This document shows positions 18,372 through 28,870 of a stretch of 33,392 nt of DNA, in pieces. Position 1 is the stretch's first letter, and each line of letters begins with the position of its first letter. This DNA comes from Bdellovibrionota bacterium (GTDB lineage Bacteria; Bdellovibrionota_C; UBA2361; OMII01): the NCBI GenBank assembly GCA_044356215.1, contig JBIKWQ010000033.1:1-33392 (forward strand), in the 5' to 3' direction. The notes under the pieces are model-generated. The model saw only the letters and a program-made list of their open reading frames with translations, did no database searches and was not told the DNA's origin. Position numbers and translations under genes: made by a program.

Positions 18372-18599
18372 ACTGTGATAAGCACTTCTAAAAACGCGTC
18401 ATTTGCCAAATTTAGGCTCCACGGATTAAGCCGCTATCCTGCGCGTCAAAAAGTTTACCCTGGCAGGACGGTTTAATTCACGTATAATCAAACCCTTAAG
18501 GCAACCGTTGGAAGATTATAAACGTTTTCCCCGTTTTATCAAAGAGACGCCCACTAAGGGAGGCGGGGCAAAGCATAGGAATTTTAAGTGAGGTCACTT

Positions 18600-19142
18600 A
18601 TGAGCATGAGCATCGAAGATATGGAGGAGATTTTTACCCGCATAACGGAGGAGTACGAGGAGCCGGTTCCTATCGGCGGTAGGTGTGAAAGCCGGATCTT
18701 CTATCGAGTTGAGGATTTAAGTGACGCTGACCTTAACACTTGTGCCGAGTACGTAGCCGATCGCATAAGAAATGTGGTCTCCCCAAATAAGCCTCAACTT
18801 TTCTTGAAGTTGCCGGGTGGTTATTCGTTTTTCGCCGAGCGTCTGTGCGCTGTGTATTCAGAGCTGTATAATGGCGGCAAAGAGATACCGCTAGAGCAAT
18901 ACCTTGAGAGTAAGCTCTCAAATGGACACGGAGAGAAGTACAAGGGTTATCAGACTATACTTGTCACGGACGTTATCACCACAGCGCGCTCAAGTCTTGA
19001 AGCCCATACTCGCGCTACCTTGCGAGGAATTCCCGTCTTGTGTTGGGCAACGTTGATAGATCGAACATTTGGTCCGGGCCCAGTACCTGTAGTTTCCGCA
19101 TTCACGGGCGCGTCTGTGCGAGTACTTACACAGGTGGGATAG
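18600..19142 (+). CDS. Type I phosphoribosyltransferase-fold protein (PyrE-like, degenerate)
   Basis: ILVTDVITTARSS resembles the PRPP-binding loop, with LIDR downstream. GAGG precedes the ATG at 18600 (the ORF track starts at GTG 18588). Confidence 0.65.
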   Translation: MSMSIEDMEEIFTRITEEYEEPVPIGGRCESRIFYRVEDLSDADLNTCAEYVADRIRNVVSPNKPQLFLKLPGGYSFFAERLCAVYSELYNGGKEIPLEQYLESKLSNGHGEKYKGYQTILVTDVITTARSSLEAHTRATLRGIPVLCWATLIDRTFGPGPVPVVSAFTGASVRVLTQVG

Positions 19143-19143
19143 G

Positions 19144-19767
19144 TTATCCCTTCCGTTTAAGAGGGATAACCTTACCACCGCCGACGGCGAGTTTCTGTAC
19201 TGGAACCTGCATTGGTGTTACCTCAAGCTCTGAGTTTAGGGCGACTGAGTTCTCGTCTAACAACTCTATGGTTGAGAGCACCGTAGCGCCCTCCTCACTT
19301 AATTCAGTCACTGGCCTGACCACCCTGCTCCTCTTTATAAGGAGGTCTAACTCGTGATGGACTGCTTGACCAGCTTGTACCCTGGCTTTCAGCGTCACGA
19401 GCGACACGGCTAAACCACTAGCTTTAATAAAATCTCCCCTCTCAGCGGCGGTTACGAGCTCCCTTTGGTGCAGCACCAATTCGCTCTCGCTAGCACGCCA
19501 CATAGTTTGAAATTCGTTGCGCAGGGCGAAGACATCATGGACGAGCTTCTTAGTTGAGGCGCCACCGGCTGCCTCAGAGAGCTTCTTGAGCAGAACCCCG
19601 TTAACATCTCGCCACTCGGATACCTGAGCCGCTGATAGTTCCGGGGTAGCGCCTTCAACGCGCGCCATCGCCTGCCCTGCTGAATTGGAGTAGAGGCGCA
19701 GTGCGCGGCGACTTTTCTGAATTAACGCCACTACCCGAGAGCGAAAGGATTCGGATTCCACAGGCAC
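19144..19767 (-). CDS. Hypothetical helical/coiled-coil protein
   Basis: 207-aa ORF co-oriented downstream of tgt; no recognisable motif. Confidence 0.65.
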   Translation of the reverse strand: MPVESESFRSRVVALIQKSRRALRLYSNSAGQAMARVEGATPELSAAQVSEWRDVNGVLLKKLSEAAGGASTKKLVHDVFALRNEFQTMWRASESELVLHQRELVTAAERGDFIKASGLAVSLVTLKARVQAGQAVHHELDLLIKRSRVVRPVTELSEEGATVLSTIELLDENSVALNSELEVTPMQVPVQKLAVGGGKVIPLKRKG

Positions 19768-19841
19768 CCCCTTTTAAAAACCAAACAAGCCAACAGGTGT
19801 ACCAGCCTTATAGTCGAAAATCAAGAAGATTAAGTTCAAGA

Positions 19842-20975
19842 TTACGCCAGCGCGTGCAGGTCAAGCTTTGCCCACCTGACCTTAATACGATTGTAGAGCG
19901 CATCGAAGCTGCCGTCTTCTATAGAGGCTCGGATTCTACTCATAAAATCGAGGTAGTGTGTCAAGTTGTGGATGCTCGCGAGCTGAGGCCCTAGCATCTC
20001 GCCTACTTTAAAAAGGTGTTGTATGTAGGCGCGCGAATAGATGCGACAGGCCAAGCATCGACAGGTGGGATCTATCGGGCCCGTATCCTCAGCGAATTGA
20101 GAATTTTTAATATTGAAAAACGGGACATCCGCGTCGACAAAAACCCGCCCGAACCTTCCTGAGCGAGTTGGCATAACACAATCAAAAATATCCACACCGC
20201 GAGACACCGCCTCTATGATGTCTTCCGGTGTCCCAACCCCCATAAGGTAACGAATGTGCGTGTCGGGGAGCTGTGCAGCGTGATAGCTCAACACCTCGTA
20301 CATATCCCCCTTAGGCTCACCAACACTCAGGCCCCCGATGGCGTATCCATCAAATGGGATCTCTCTAATCTGCTCCGCCGACCTCGTCCTCAGCTCCCTG
20401 TGCAGAGCGCCCTGAGTAATACCAAACATGCACATTTCAGGGTCGGTTCTGGCGTCTAATGAACGCCTCGCCCATCTGAGCGTCATTGCTAACGACTTCT
20501 CGATCGTAGCGAAATCAAGGGTACTAGCTGGGCATTCGTCGAGAGCCATTGCGATATCAACCCCCATGGTCTGCTGTACCTCAATAGATTTCTCCGGGGA
20601 AAGAAACTGCTTTGAACCGTCAAGATGCGACCTAAATTCGACTCCATCCTCCGTGATGGAGCGGATCCCCTTTAGGCTAAAAACCTGGTATCCACCAGAG
20701 TCGCTTAGAATCGGGCCTTTCCACCCTGAAAACCTGTGAATCCCCCCAACCCGTTTGATACGTTCATGACCTGGCCTTAACCAAAGATGATAGGTATTCA
20801 CGAGCATTACCGACGCTCCGCATTCAGCGAGCCGCTCCACATCAACACCCTTTACTGACGCCTTAGTTCCTACAGGCATAAATGTTGGAGTCTGAAACAC
20901 GCCACTGCGGGCGCGAAACTCGCCTCTGCGAGCCTCTCCGCATCTGGTTTTCAATGTGCAGCGTAATTCACTCAT
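19842..20975 (-). CDS. tgt: tRNA-guanine(34) transglycosylase
   Basis: TPTFMPVGT, NTYHL, DSGGYQVFSL, AIGGLSVGE, YLMGVG, DCVMPTR and zinc site CRCLAC..H. ATGA overlap with queA. Confidence 0.97.
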   Translation of the reverse strand: MSELRCTLKTRCGEARRGEFRARSGVFQTPTFMPVGTKASVKGVDVERLAECGASVMLVNTYHLWLRPGHERIKRVGGIHRFSGWKGPILSDSGGYQVFSLKGIRSITEDGVEFRSHLDGSKQFLSPEKSIEVQQTMGVDIAMALDECPASTLDFATIEKSLAMTLRWARRSLDARTDPEMCMFGITQGALHRELRTRSAEQIREIPFDGYAIGGLSVGEPKGDMYEVLSYHAAQLPDTHIRYLMGVGTPEDIIEAVSRGVDIFDCVMPTRSGRFGRVFVDADVPFFNIKNSQFAEDTGPIDPTCRCLACRIYSRAYIQHLFKVGEMLGPQLASIHNLTHYLDFMSRIRASIEDGSFDALYNRIKVRWAKLDLHALA

Positions 20976-22012
20976 AGAACAAACATCCCATCTCCGTAGC
21001 TCAAGAAGCGGTATTGGTTGTTTAGAGCCTCTTGGTAACTACTGTGAAGTCTATCAAACCCGAGGAGAGCTTCAACCAGAAGTAGGTGTGTTGTTTTCGG
21101 CTGATGAAAGTTTGTTACCAGATTATCAACGATATTAAACTGGAAACCAGGCTCGATAAATAATTCCGTACTTTCAAGACTATCAGACGGCTTCTCACTC
21201 AAAGCGGCGCTTTCTAGAGCCCTAACTACCGTCGTTCCAACCGCTATCACTCGACCTCCTCGCGCCTTGGTTTCTAGAAGGCTATCCATTACCGCAGCCG
21301 AAACAACGAATCGCTCCTGGCCAGGCTTTCTGAGTTGCCCGTTGACGAAGATAGGCTGAAAGCTAGCTGTACCAACGTGCAAAGTTACGTGATCAATCTT
21401 ACACTGAGCTTCCTCCTTCATCCTGTTAATTAAATTCTCAGTAAAGTGGAGAGAAGCCGTCGGAGCCGCCACAGAGCCCGGATGAACGGCGAATATACTC
21501 TGATAGTCTAAACGGTCTTGCTCGTCTCCTCTGCCGTGCCTTATGTAAGGGGGGATCGGCATCGTTCCATGGTCGTTAAGTAGGCGCTCGATCTCATCAT
21601 CTGACGCAGCGTTAAACCGGAGAAGCAGACGGTCATCGGTTGGCGCAGGCAGAACTAGGGCTTGAAGACTCTCGCTAAAAAATAGCTTTTCCGCCGCTCT
21701 AATCTTGCGCATCGGAAAACCGAGAGCGGTCCACTTGTGTCGCTCAACCTCCTCCAGAAGAACAACCTCGATCTCGTATCCATCTGGCCCCTCAAGCTTG
21801 CCAAAGAGACGCGCTGGTATGACCTTGGTGTTGTTAAATACAAAGTGATCTCCTGGCCTAATGTAATCAACGATATCATCAAACGTTCGGTGTTGGATCT
21901 CGCCGGAAGCGCGTGACACGACCAACATCTTAGCGGACTCAGGTGGATGCGCCGGCCGCTGCGCGATCCTATCCTCTGGTAGTTCATAGCTGTATGGGTT
22001 GGCTCTGATCAC
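20972..22012 (-). CDS. queA: S-adenosylmethionine:tRNA ribosyltransferase-isomerase
   Basis: IAQRP, NNTKVIPARL, PIPPYI, GSVAAPTASLHF, TLHVG, AVGTTVVRALES, TNFHQP and YRFLSYGDGM. Confidence 0.97.
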   Translation of the reverse strand: MIRANPYSYELPEDRIAQRPAHPPESAKMLVVSRASGEIQHRTFDDIVDYIRPGDHFVFNNTKVIPARLFGKLEGPDGYEIEVVLLEEVERHKWTALGFPMRKIRAAEKLFFSESLQALVLPAPTDDRLLLRFNAASDDEIERLLNDHGTMPIPPYIRHGRGDEQDRLDYQSIFAVHPGSVAAPTASLHFTENLINRMKEEAQCKIDHVTLHVGTASFQPIFVNGQLRKPGQERFVVSAAVMDSLLETKARGGRVIAVGTTVVRALESAALSEKPSDSLESTELFIEPGFQFNIVDNLVTNFHQPKTTHLLLVEALLGFDRLHSSYQEALNNQYRFLSYGDGMFVL

Positions 22013-22039
22013 AACTTCTCACATCTTCAGAAAACGAAA

Positions 22040-22792
22040 CTAAGGCTTTTGATCAGATCGACCAAAAGCCTTCATGAAATCAATCGGCATCGGGAAAAGG
22101 ATTGTCGAATTATTCTCAGAGGATATCTGCTTAAGAGTGTCGAGGTATCTCAACTGTAACGCTATGTTCTCTTTCGCCATGATCCCCGCTGCGGCTGTAA
22201 TCTTCTCCGCCGCCTGATACTCACCCTCCGCTTGAATAATTTTAGCGCGACGCTCTCGTTCGGCTTCGGCTTGTTTCGCCATCGCGCGACGCATCTCTTG
22301 TGGAAGGTCGATATCTTTCACCTCCACTGCCGCAACTTTGATGCCCCACGGATCCGTGTGGCGATCTAGTATCTCCTGAACGCGGGTATTAATTTGGTCG
22401 CGTTTCGCCAAAAGATCATCAAGCTCCGCCTCGCCACAAACGCTTCGCAGAGTTGTCTGCGCGATCTGAGATGTAGCGTAGAGATAGTTCTCGACCGTCA
22501 GGACAGCCTTTGATGGGTCAACCACTCTAAAATACAAAACCGCATTGACCTTAATAGATACGTTATCACGAGTGATAATATCCTGAGGTGGTATATCCAT
22601 CGTGATAACGCGCTGATCGACGCGAATAAGCTCATCGATAAAAGGCAAGATAAAGTTAAGACCCGGCTGTCTGATGCCACGAAATATACCGAAACGGAGC
22701 AGAACCGCCTTCTCGTAAGCCTTGATCGAAAACGCGCTTAGATAAAATAACGCGACTATCCCAACAACGGACAAAAACACCACTCCGGCCAT
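22040..22792 (-). CDS. SPFH/stomatin-like (slipin) membrane protein
   Basis: N-terminal [43 protein letters not shown] and LQLRYL. Confidence 0.93.
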   Translation of the reverse strand: MAGVVFLSVVGIVALFYLSAFSIKAYEKAVLLRFGIFRGIRQPGLNFILPFIDELIRVDQRVITMDIPPQDIITRDNVSIKVNAVLYFRVVDPSKAVLTVENYLYATSQIAQTTLRSVCGEAELDDLLAKRDQINTRVQEILDRHTDPWGIKVAAVEVKDIDLPQEMRRAMAKQAEAERERRAKIIQAEGEYQAAEKITAAAGIMAKENIALQLRYLDTLKQISSENNSTILFPMPIDFMKAFGRSDQKP

Positions 22793-22878
22793 TTCACACC
22801 CCTCTGCTAATTTAATTCGGGAACCTTCAAGAATCTAGATCGTACAAGCGTCTTGGACAATGCACGTAATTCACCGGA

Positions 22879-23349
22879 TCAGCCAAGTACAGGCATTAGG
22901 CGCTTTAGATGCTCCCAAAAGTTCCTTTTTTTTAACGGGTCTGAAGCGATCTCTGATAACGAATAACTCCAAATAACCGCGGTCTGGTTAAAACTCTCGA
23001 AGGTACCAGGCTGCCTGTTAGTGCCTAAAATTAGGACTGCTGTAAAGCGCGAGCTAGCTGAGATATCTCTAATCAGATCACCGGATAGCTTCGCTGAATC
23101 AACACACGAGACTTCGTACCGATCAGGGGATAGTTTGAGCCCTTTGCCGCAAATTGCTTCAACGAGTGTGCGTTCTGATTCATCGAGGTTTTTCTCAGTT
23201 TGAACGATAAGAGCCAGCTTATTCTCGGTAGTCGTCTTGAGCGACGGGGATCTCCGCGTTATTGCGGATCTCGGAATGCCACCTGGGTACAGCTTGCTTA
23301 ATCTGTCCAGGATCCCAAGTATCTGAGTATTTGAGAGCGCATCACTCAT
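22879..23349 (-). CDS. Hypothetical protein with degenerate uracil-DNA glycosylase (family 4)-like C-terminal fold
   Basis: LVEAICGKGLKL..YEV, AVLILG and WSYSL..DPLKKRNFWEHLK echo the UDG C-terminal half. The ATG at 23349 immediately follows the coaBC stop. Confidence 0.55.
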   Translation of the reverse strand: MSDALSNTQILGILDRLSKLYPGGIPRSAITRRSPSLKTTTENKLALIVQTEKNLDESERTLVEAICGKGLKLSPDRYEVSCVDSAKLSGDLIRDISASSRFTAVLILGTNRQPGTFESFNQTAVIWSYSLSEIASDPLKKRNFWEHLKRLMPVLG

Positions 23350-23350
23350 G

Positions 23351-24580
23351 TTAAACAACACCGACTATAATCTGATCCCATATCCCGCGAGAGATCTTAT
23401 TCTTACTTGATTGCTGGAGTTCGACAACGTTCTCTCGTGATACTACCCAAACACGATTCGTATCCCGATCAAAAGAATCTTGGGCTAAATTAGCGATGAT
23501 AAAGTCCGCGCCTTTCTTTGATAGTTTTGCCCTTGCTTCCTCAATCAGGGGAGCCTCGCCTTGAGTCTCTACCGCGAATCCTACTAACAACGGCCTCGGT
23601 GAATCCCCTCTTTTTGACCCCAATTCGGCTAGGATATCCGGATTAGGCACTAATTCTATCTCTGGCACTCCGCCACTTTTCTTAAGCTTCTGCTGCGCCC
23701 CCTGCCTCGGCCTGAAATCCGCCACAGCGGCGGCTTTAACAATTATGTCCTGACCTGGCTCTCCGGAACTACTGTAAACGCTGTTCAGAATTGTTTGGCG
23801 CATCTCCTCCGCGGTGGTCACAGGGTGCCGTTTCACGGCGGACGGCAGCATGGGCTTAAAGCTTAAAGGACCATGCACTAAAGTCACATTGGCGCCCCTT
23901 CTAAACGCCTCGCGCGCCATGGCTATACCCATCTTCCCAGAGGACCTATTTGATAGAAATCGTACCGGGTCGATCGCCTCTCTGGTGGGCCCCGCTGAAA
24001 TGAGTACCCGTTTTCCAACGAGATCGCGCGGTCCGATTGCTCTCTCTACCTCAAAAAATATCTCTGAGCAGGCCGCCAATCGACCCCTTCCCTTCCAGCC
24101 GCAAGCCAAATCACCACTATCCGGTTCCACTATGAACATCCCCCTTGCTCGTAGGCTCTCAAGGTTCTCTTGAGTCTGAGGGTTTTCGTACATATTTACA
24201 TTCATCGCCGGAGCTATAACCACCGGTGCCTTTGTCGCTAAGACAACCGCCAAAAGATTTGACTCCGCAAAACCAAAAGCAAGCTTAGCAACACAGTCAG
24301 CCGTCGCGGGCGCCACCAAAATCACGTCCGTCCAATCAGCTAGTTCTATGTGTCCAATAGCTCCGGGTTGATGCTCCGACCAGAGGCTTGTGTTTACTGG
24401 ATTGCCTGTTAGCGACTGAAATGTTAGCGGAGATATAAAACGTGAGGCCGATTCAGTCATTACCACACGGACCGAATAGCCACGCTTCATAAAATGTCTG
24501 GCGATCTCGGCTGCTTTGTAACTGGCTATTGAACCGGTCACACCTAAAACGAGCCGTTTCCTATGTTTTGTTTCTCTCAT
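23351..24580 (-). CDS. coaBC: Bifunctional phosphopantothenoylcysteine decarboxylase/synthetase
   Basis: GVTGSIASYKA, HIELA, APAMN, LACG..GRGRL, GPTREAIDPVRFLSNRSSGKMG, AAVADF and VGFAVET. Confidence 0.97.
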   Translation of the reverse strand: MRETKHRKRLVLGVTGSIASYKAAEIARHFMKRGYSVRVVMTESASRFISPLTFQSLTGNPVNTSLWSEHQPGAIGHIELADWTDVILVAPATADCVAKLAFGFAESNLLAVVLATKAPVVIAPAMNVNMYENPQTQENLESLRARGMFIVEPDSGDLACGWKGRGRLAACSEIFFEVERAIGPRDLVGKRVLISAGPTREAIDPVRFLSNRSSGKMGIAMAREAFRRGANVTLVHGPLSFKPMLPSAVKRHPVTTAEEMRQTILNSVYSSSGEPGQDIIVKAAAVADFRPRQGAQQKLKKSGGVPEIELVPNPDILAELGSKRGDSPRPLLVGFAVETQGEAPLIEEARAKLSKKGADFIIANLAQDSFDRDTNRVWVVSRENVVELQQSSKNKISRGIWDQIIVGVV

Positions 24581-24793
24581 AGCCCGCTAAGACTAGCCTG
24601 ATAGGAGGTTGTAGTAAATAAACTCGAGACTAAGTGCCTGGAACTAATCATTAATTTATTCCAGATAAGCTCCTAGTGGTTTCTATTATAAAGCGAACTG
24701 ATGTCTCGTCTAAGAGCATCCAAATAGTTAGGGTTAATGGGTATCTTTGTAATGACTGCAACAAGCCAAGAAATCCGGTGAAGTAGTTACGTA

Positions 24794-27700
24794 ATGATAA
24801 TTAGGCACTTAAATAAAATGGACAGGCTTGCTAGGTGGCGGAAGTGCCATTCTGATAGGCGCGCATTTCGAGGACTGGCCGCTACAATTCTTTCTTGCGT
24901 CTATTTCGCTTTCTTAATGGCTTCATCACACGGCCAGCAAGCTGGCTCAGGAGCTGGGCCGAGCGGGCCATCGGCGATTGGCAATGATTGGCGAATTTTT
25001 CTGTCGCGAACTGTAACCAAGGGAAACTTCGGAGGTCTGAGGGCTGCTGATGAGATCTGCCAGAGAGAGGCTAGCGAGGCGGGTTTCGATGGTAACTGGA
25101 TCGCTGTTCTATCGGATGACGACACCATTGCCAGAGACAGATTGCTACAGCTTAATCTGGGATTAGAGATTGCCGCTGAAATCCGAGATCTGAGCCCCAG
25201 GCGCGATGTCGTTGCTAACGGAACTGACGGGCCAACAGGATTGTGGGGCGGCGCTCTGCAAAAGGGGATTTTTTATCACGCGGACTCTGAGCTCTGGAGT
25301 AAAGGTACGCTTCCCTCCACCGTATGGACTGGCTCACGCGCAAATGGAAGCAAGCTGGCTGCTTGTCCTGGATGGTCTAGTCTTGATGGGTTCGCTGAGA
25401 CAGGAATAGTTGGTGCCGTTGACTATCGGTGGATTAACACGCATGTGATCACGCAGTATCCTAACTATACTCCATGTTCGACTGATGCTTTGTTTATCTG
25501 CATCGGAAGAATGAATGATCCAGTGGTTCCAGTTAGAGATCCGCCACAAACAGCGACGCCGACTGAGACTCCTGTAGACACCCCTACTAGCACGCCAACA
25601 GATACTCCAACTAGCACTCCAAGTGATACGCCCACTAGTACTCCTACTGACACACCGACTCACACTCCAACAGATACACCGACGGGGACCCCGTCAGATA
25701 CTCCAATAGACACGCCAACGAATACTCCAACGAGTACCCCATCAGAGACTCCCACAGATCAGCCGACATCGACTCCAACAAACACGCCAACTGATACTCC
25801 AACTAATACTCCAACAAGTACTCCATCAGAGACTCCTACAGATCAGCCGACATCGACTCCAACAAACACGCCAACTGATACTCCAACGAGCACCCCTTCA
25901 GAGACTCCCACAGATCAGCCGACATTGACTCCAACAAACACACCAACTGATACTCCGACTAATACACCAACGAGCACTCCGTCAGAGACTCCTACAGATC
26001 AGCCGACATCGACTCCGACAAACACGCCAACTGATACTCCGACTAATACACCAACAAATACTCCAACGAGCACCCCTTCAGAGACTCCCACAGATCAGCC
26101 GACATCGACTCCGACAAATACACCAACTTATACTCCAACTAATACACCAACGAGCACTCCGTCAGAGACTCCTACAGATCAGCCGACATCGACTCCGACA
26201 AATACACCAACTTATACTCCAACTAATACACCAACGAGCACTCCGTCAGAGACTCCTACAGATCAGCCCACATCGACTCCAACAAACACGCCAACTGATA
26301 CTCCAACTAATACTCCAACGAGCACCCCTTTAGAGACTCCCACAGATGAGCCGACATCGACGCCAACTGATACGCCTACCGATTCTCCATCGGTGACCCC
26401 AAGCAACACTGCTACTGAGACTCCGACTGACTCACCTACTAGCACACCAACAGATACGCCATCTCAAACGCCAACTAATTCGCCGACCGCTACGCCGAGC
26501 ATGACTCCAACGAGGACCCCGACCTATACCCCGTCGATAACTCCAACAGACGAGCCCACACCAATCCCTACCGGCACACCGACCGAGACCTCGACTCCAA
26601 CACATACATTTACTCCGACCAACACTCCAACTCCTCCCCCTGCGTGGTCAGACGATCGAGAGCTGGTCATATTCGTTTCTAAAGACGGGTTCGATCTCAA
26701 TGCTGAGTACAATGGTAAAGTTGGGGGAACCAATGCCGCGGACGAATTCTGTAAGATACAGGCCGGCAAGGCGGGAATGGACGTGGTCTCATCTCTCTGG
26801 AGGGCAGTCATATCCGCCAGCTACCAGGACGCTCGGTCCGTAACCGGAGTATCGGAAACCTCGGCACCGATCTTCAACACTCAAGATGAAGTGGTGGCTA
26901 CTAATCGAGGTCAACTATGGAACAGGGATAAGGATCTATTTAACGCGGTGCGTTACGATCAATTCGGTTCTATTCATGTAGTATCGGTGGCCTCTGGATC
27001 AACTGACCAGGGGACGTTTATTCCAAGCGGTTGTGATGACTGGCGCGATAGCGCTGGCAATCTAGGTATCGGGCAAGGTAATAGCGGCTCGGTGAAGAGC
27101 GACTGGATTACCGGCTTGGATGTCGCTACCTGTAATGAGCCATTTATCTACTGCATTGGAAATCGTCCAACTCTTACCCCGACAAATACCGCCACGCCAA
27201 CGCCGACCGACACTCCTACTGATACCCCAACAGCCACGGCAACGGCCTCTGCTACGTCAACAGAAACTCCGGTCAGTACTCCTACGGAAACCGAAACGCC
27301 GACTCCCGAACCAACCAACCCGGAAGCCACAGCTACTCCATCAGTAACGCCGACTTTTACCTACACGCCATCGCTTACCCCAACGAAACCACCAAGCGAC
27401 ACCCCGCCTGGATCCAGTCAGAAACCTCTTCCTCCAGCGTCGGACGGAGGTGACCCAATCCCAGGTCTACCGACACCTCCGTATAGTCTTGTGTCGACAA
27501 GACCTATTCCCGATTCTACGATTGGCGGAGAGGTATTAGTTAACAAAAAACCTCTAGAGGGCGCGTTGGTATATATACCCGAATTGGTAGAGCTGCTTAT
27601 AACTGACAAAAACGGGTTCTTCTCCGTGTCGCGCGTTGAACCCGTATCGAGGCCGGTCACACTAAAGGTCCGAAGTGTAAGGCTACCTAATGGTGGATAT

Positions 27701-28231
27701 GACATTCCATCGCGCGCGGGCTTATTCGTTCAACTAAACGCGCCTAGTTACAATAAGTATAATCCGGCTAATTGCCCCCAGAAGGATAAGATACTTCAGC
27801 TATACAAAGCTGCCAGTAGTCTAAAGTCAATGTATAGAAACGCGGTGCGAGACCACCGCATCCTAGTCGCCGCGTCACGTAAGGACTCGAAAGTTAACCC
27901 CCGGCTCGGGGCTTTGACGCGCTCTTACTATCACGGGAGCTTCTACATGGACTTAAGCTCCATGATGCCCGATGTGCAAATCAGCTGCACCAAGACGACG
28001 CGGGGCTGCCTGAGAGTAAAATTAACAGATATATCACGGCGTATGAAGTTCTCTGGATATCAACTACGTCGCGAATCACTTTTAATAAACCAAGCTCTTC
28101 GAAATGAAGGCCTCCGGCCGGACACCACATCAAAGAAGGTGATTAAGCGAATCAGAGCTAACTCCCAATCGCTCCTTAGCCACATAAATCAAATCCCTCG
28201 TGAAACCTATAAATGCTCCGGTGGAAATTAA
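24794..28231 (+). CDS. Large secreted Pro/Thr-repeat protein with two DUF1554/endostatin-like domains, a carboxypeptidase-regulatory-like domain and a basic Cys-containing C-terminal domain
   Basis: Signal peptide. [22 protein letters not shown] and [18 protein letters not shown] domains, each ending in an F(I)xCIG-like motif. Long xTPT repeats. [25 protein letters not shown]. Confidence 0.85.
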   Translation: MIIRHLNKMDRLARWRKCHSDRRAFRGLAATILSCVYFAFLMASSHGQQAGSGAGPSGPSAIGNDWRIFLSRTVTKGNFGGLRAADEICQREASEAGFDGNWIAVLSDDDTIARDRLLQLNLGLEIAAEIRDLSPRRDVVANGTDGPTGLWGGALQKGIFYHADSELWSKGTLPSTVWTGSRANGSKLAACPGWSSLDGFAETGIVGAVDYRWINTHVITQYPNYTPCSTDALFICIGRMNDPVVPVRDPPQTATPTETPVDTPTSTPTDTPTSTPSDTPTSTPTDTPTHTPTDTPTGTPSDTPIDTPTNTPTSTPSETPTDQPTSTPTNTPTDTPTNTPTSTPSETPTDQPTSTPTNTPTDTPTSTPSETPTDQPTLTPTNTPTDTPTNTPTSTPSETPTDQPTSTPTNTPTDTPTNTPTNTPTSTPSETPTDQPTSTPTNTPTYTPTNTPTSTPSETPTDQPTSTPTNTPTYTPTNTPTSTPSETPTDQPTSTPTNTPTDTPTNTPTSTPLETPTDEPTSTPTDTPTDSPSVTPSNTATETPTDSPTSTPTDTPSQTPTNSPTATPSMTPTRTPTYTPSITPTDEPTPIPTGTPTETSTPTHTFTPTNTPTPPPAWSDDRELVIFVSKDGFDLNAEYNGKVGGTNAADEFCKIQAGKAGMDVVSSLWRAVISASYQDARSVTGVSETSAPIFNTQDEVVATNRGQLWNRDKDLFNAVRYDQFGSIHVVSVASGSTDQGTFIPSGCDDWRDSAGNLGIGQGNSGSVKSDWITGLDVATCNEPFIYCIGNRPTLTPTNTATPTPTDTPTDTPTATATASATSTETPVSTPTETETPTPEPTNPEATATPSVTPTFTYTPSLTPTKPPSDTPPGSSQKPLPPASDGGDPIPGLPTPPYSLVSTRPIPDSTIGGEVLVNKKPLEGALVYIPELVELLITDKNGFFSVSRVEPVSRPVTLKVRSVRLPNGGYDIPSRAGLFVQLNAPSYNKYNPANCPQKDKILQLYKAASSLKSMYRNAVRDHRILVAASRKDSKVNPRLGALTRSYYHGSFYMDLSSMMPDVQISCTKTTRGCLRVKLTDISRRMKFSGYQLRRESLLINQALRNEGLRPDTTSKKVIKRIRANSQSLLSHINQIPRETYKCSGGN
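25550..26640 (+). repeat. Coding tandem repeat: 12-bp xTPT units nested in ~84-bp higher-order units
   Basis: The core T(C/T)AGAGACTCC(C/T)ACAGAT starts at 25742, 25826, 25898, 25982, 26078, 26162, 26246 and 26330 (spacings 84, 72, 84, 96, 84, 84, 84). Confidence 0.9.
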
Positions 28232-28866
28232 CTGAGGAAAGGATTGCTCTTTCTCTCAGCACCGATTGTTGTGTCATCTCCGTGGCCGCTTAAGACCCGT
28301 GTACTATCGGGAAGGGTCAAAAATTTAGAGCGGATTGTCTGTAGAAGCTGTTTGTGGTCTCCTCCTGGCAGATCAGTTCGGCCGATCGAGCCCTGAAAGA
28401 GGACGTCTCCGCTTATTATCACGGACTCAGCTTGAAAGTAGAAACTAACGTGTCCAGGTGAATGTCCCGGCGTATGGATCACTTTAGCCAAATTATTACC
28501 AACCGAGACCTCTTCTCCGCCGCTAACCATCGTGCTGGGCTCAGGGCAAGCCGGCCAATCGCTCGCTGAAAGCCCGTACATCATGGCGATATCCGGAAGC
28601 TTTTCGCGAAACATCCGCTCATCAGGATGAGCGTAAAGAGGAACGGGAAATTTTTTTAACAAGGGAGCGACACCTCCGCAGTGATCAAGGTGTGAGTGCG
28701 TCAGCCAGATTCCCTTAACAGACACCCCTCTATCTACACATACTTTATGTATGCGATCACTATCCCCGCCTGGATCTACTATCACCGCGTCTTTTGTCTC
28801 GGAGCAAATTAATACTCGCGCGTTTTGGCTGAACTCGGTAACAGGAATCGTTATTATCTTTAACAT
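28228..28866 (-). CDS. MBL-fold metallo-hydrolase (glyoxalase II/YcbL-like)
   Basis: [31 protein letters not shown] and SGHG..TTIGAE. Confidence 0.93.
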   Translation of the reverse strand: MLKIITIPVTEFSQNARVLICSETKDAVIVDPGGDSDRIHKVCVDRGVSVKGIWLTHSHLDHCGGVAPLLKKFPVPLYAHPDERMFREKLPDIAMMYGLSASDWPACPEPSTMVSGGEEVSVGNNLAKVIHTPGHSPGHVSFYFQAESVIISGDVLFQGSIGRTDLPGGDHKQLLQTIRSKFLTLPDSTRVLSGHGDDTTIGAERKSNPFLS

Positions 28867-28870
28867 AATC

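Noticed and set aside
19842..22012. 7-deazaguanine DNA modification (Dpd) defence system
   Set aside because: Tgt has canonical tRNA-type motifs and zinc site and is paired with queA; no dpd genes are present.
25550..26640. CRISPR array
   Set aside because: The repeats are in-frame multiples of 12 bp encoding Pro/Thr units, with no unique spacers and no cas genes.
28228..28866. Metallo-beta-lactamase resistance gene
   Set aside because: No signal peptide; the motifs match cytoplasmic glyoxalase II/YcbL-like hydrolases, and it sits in a housekeeping operon.
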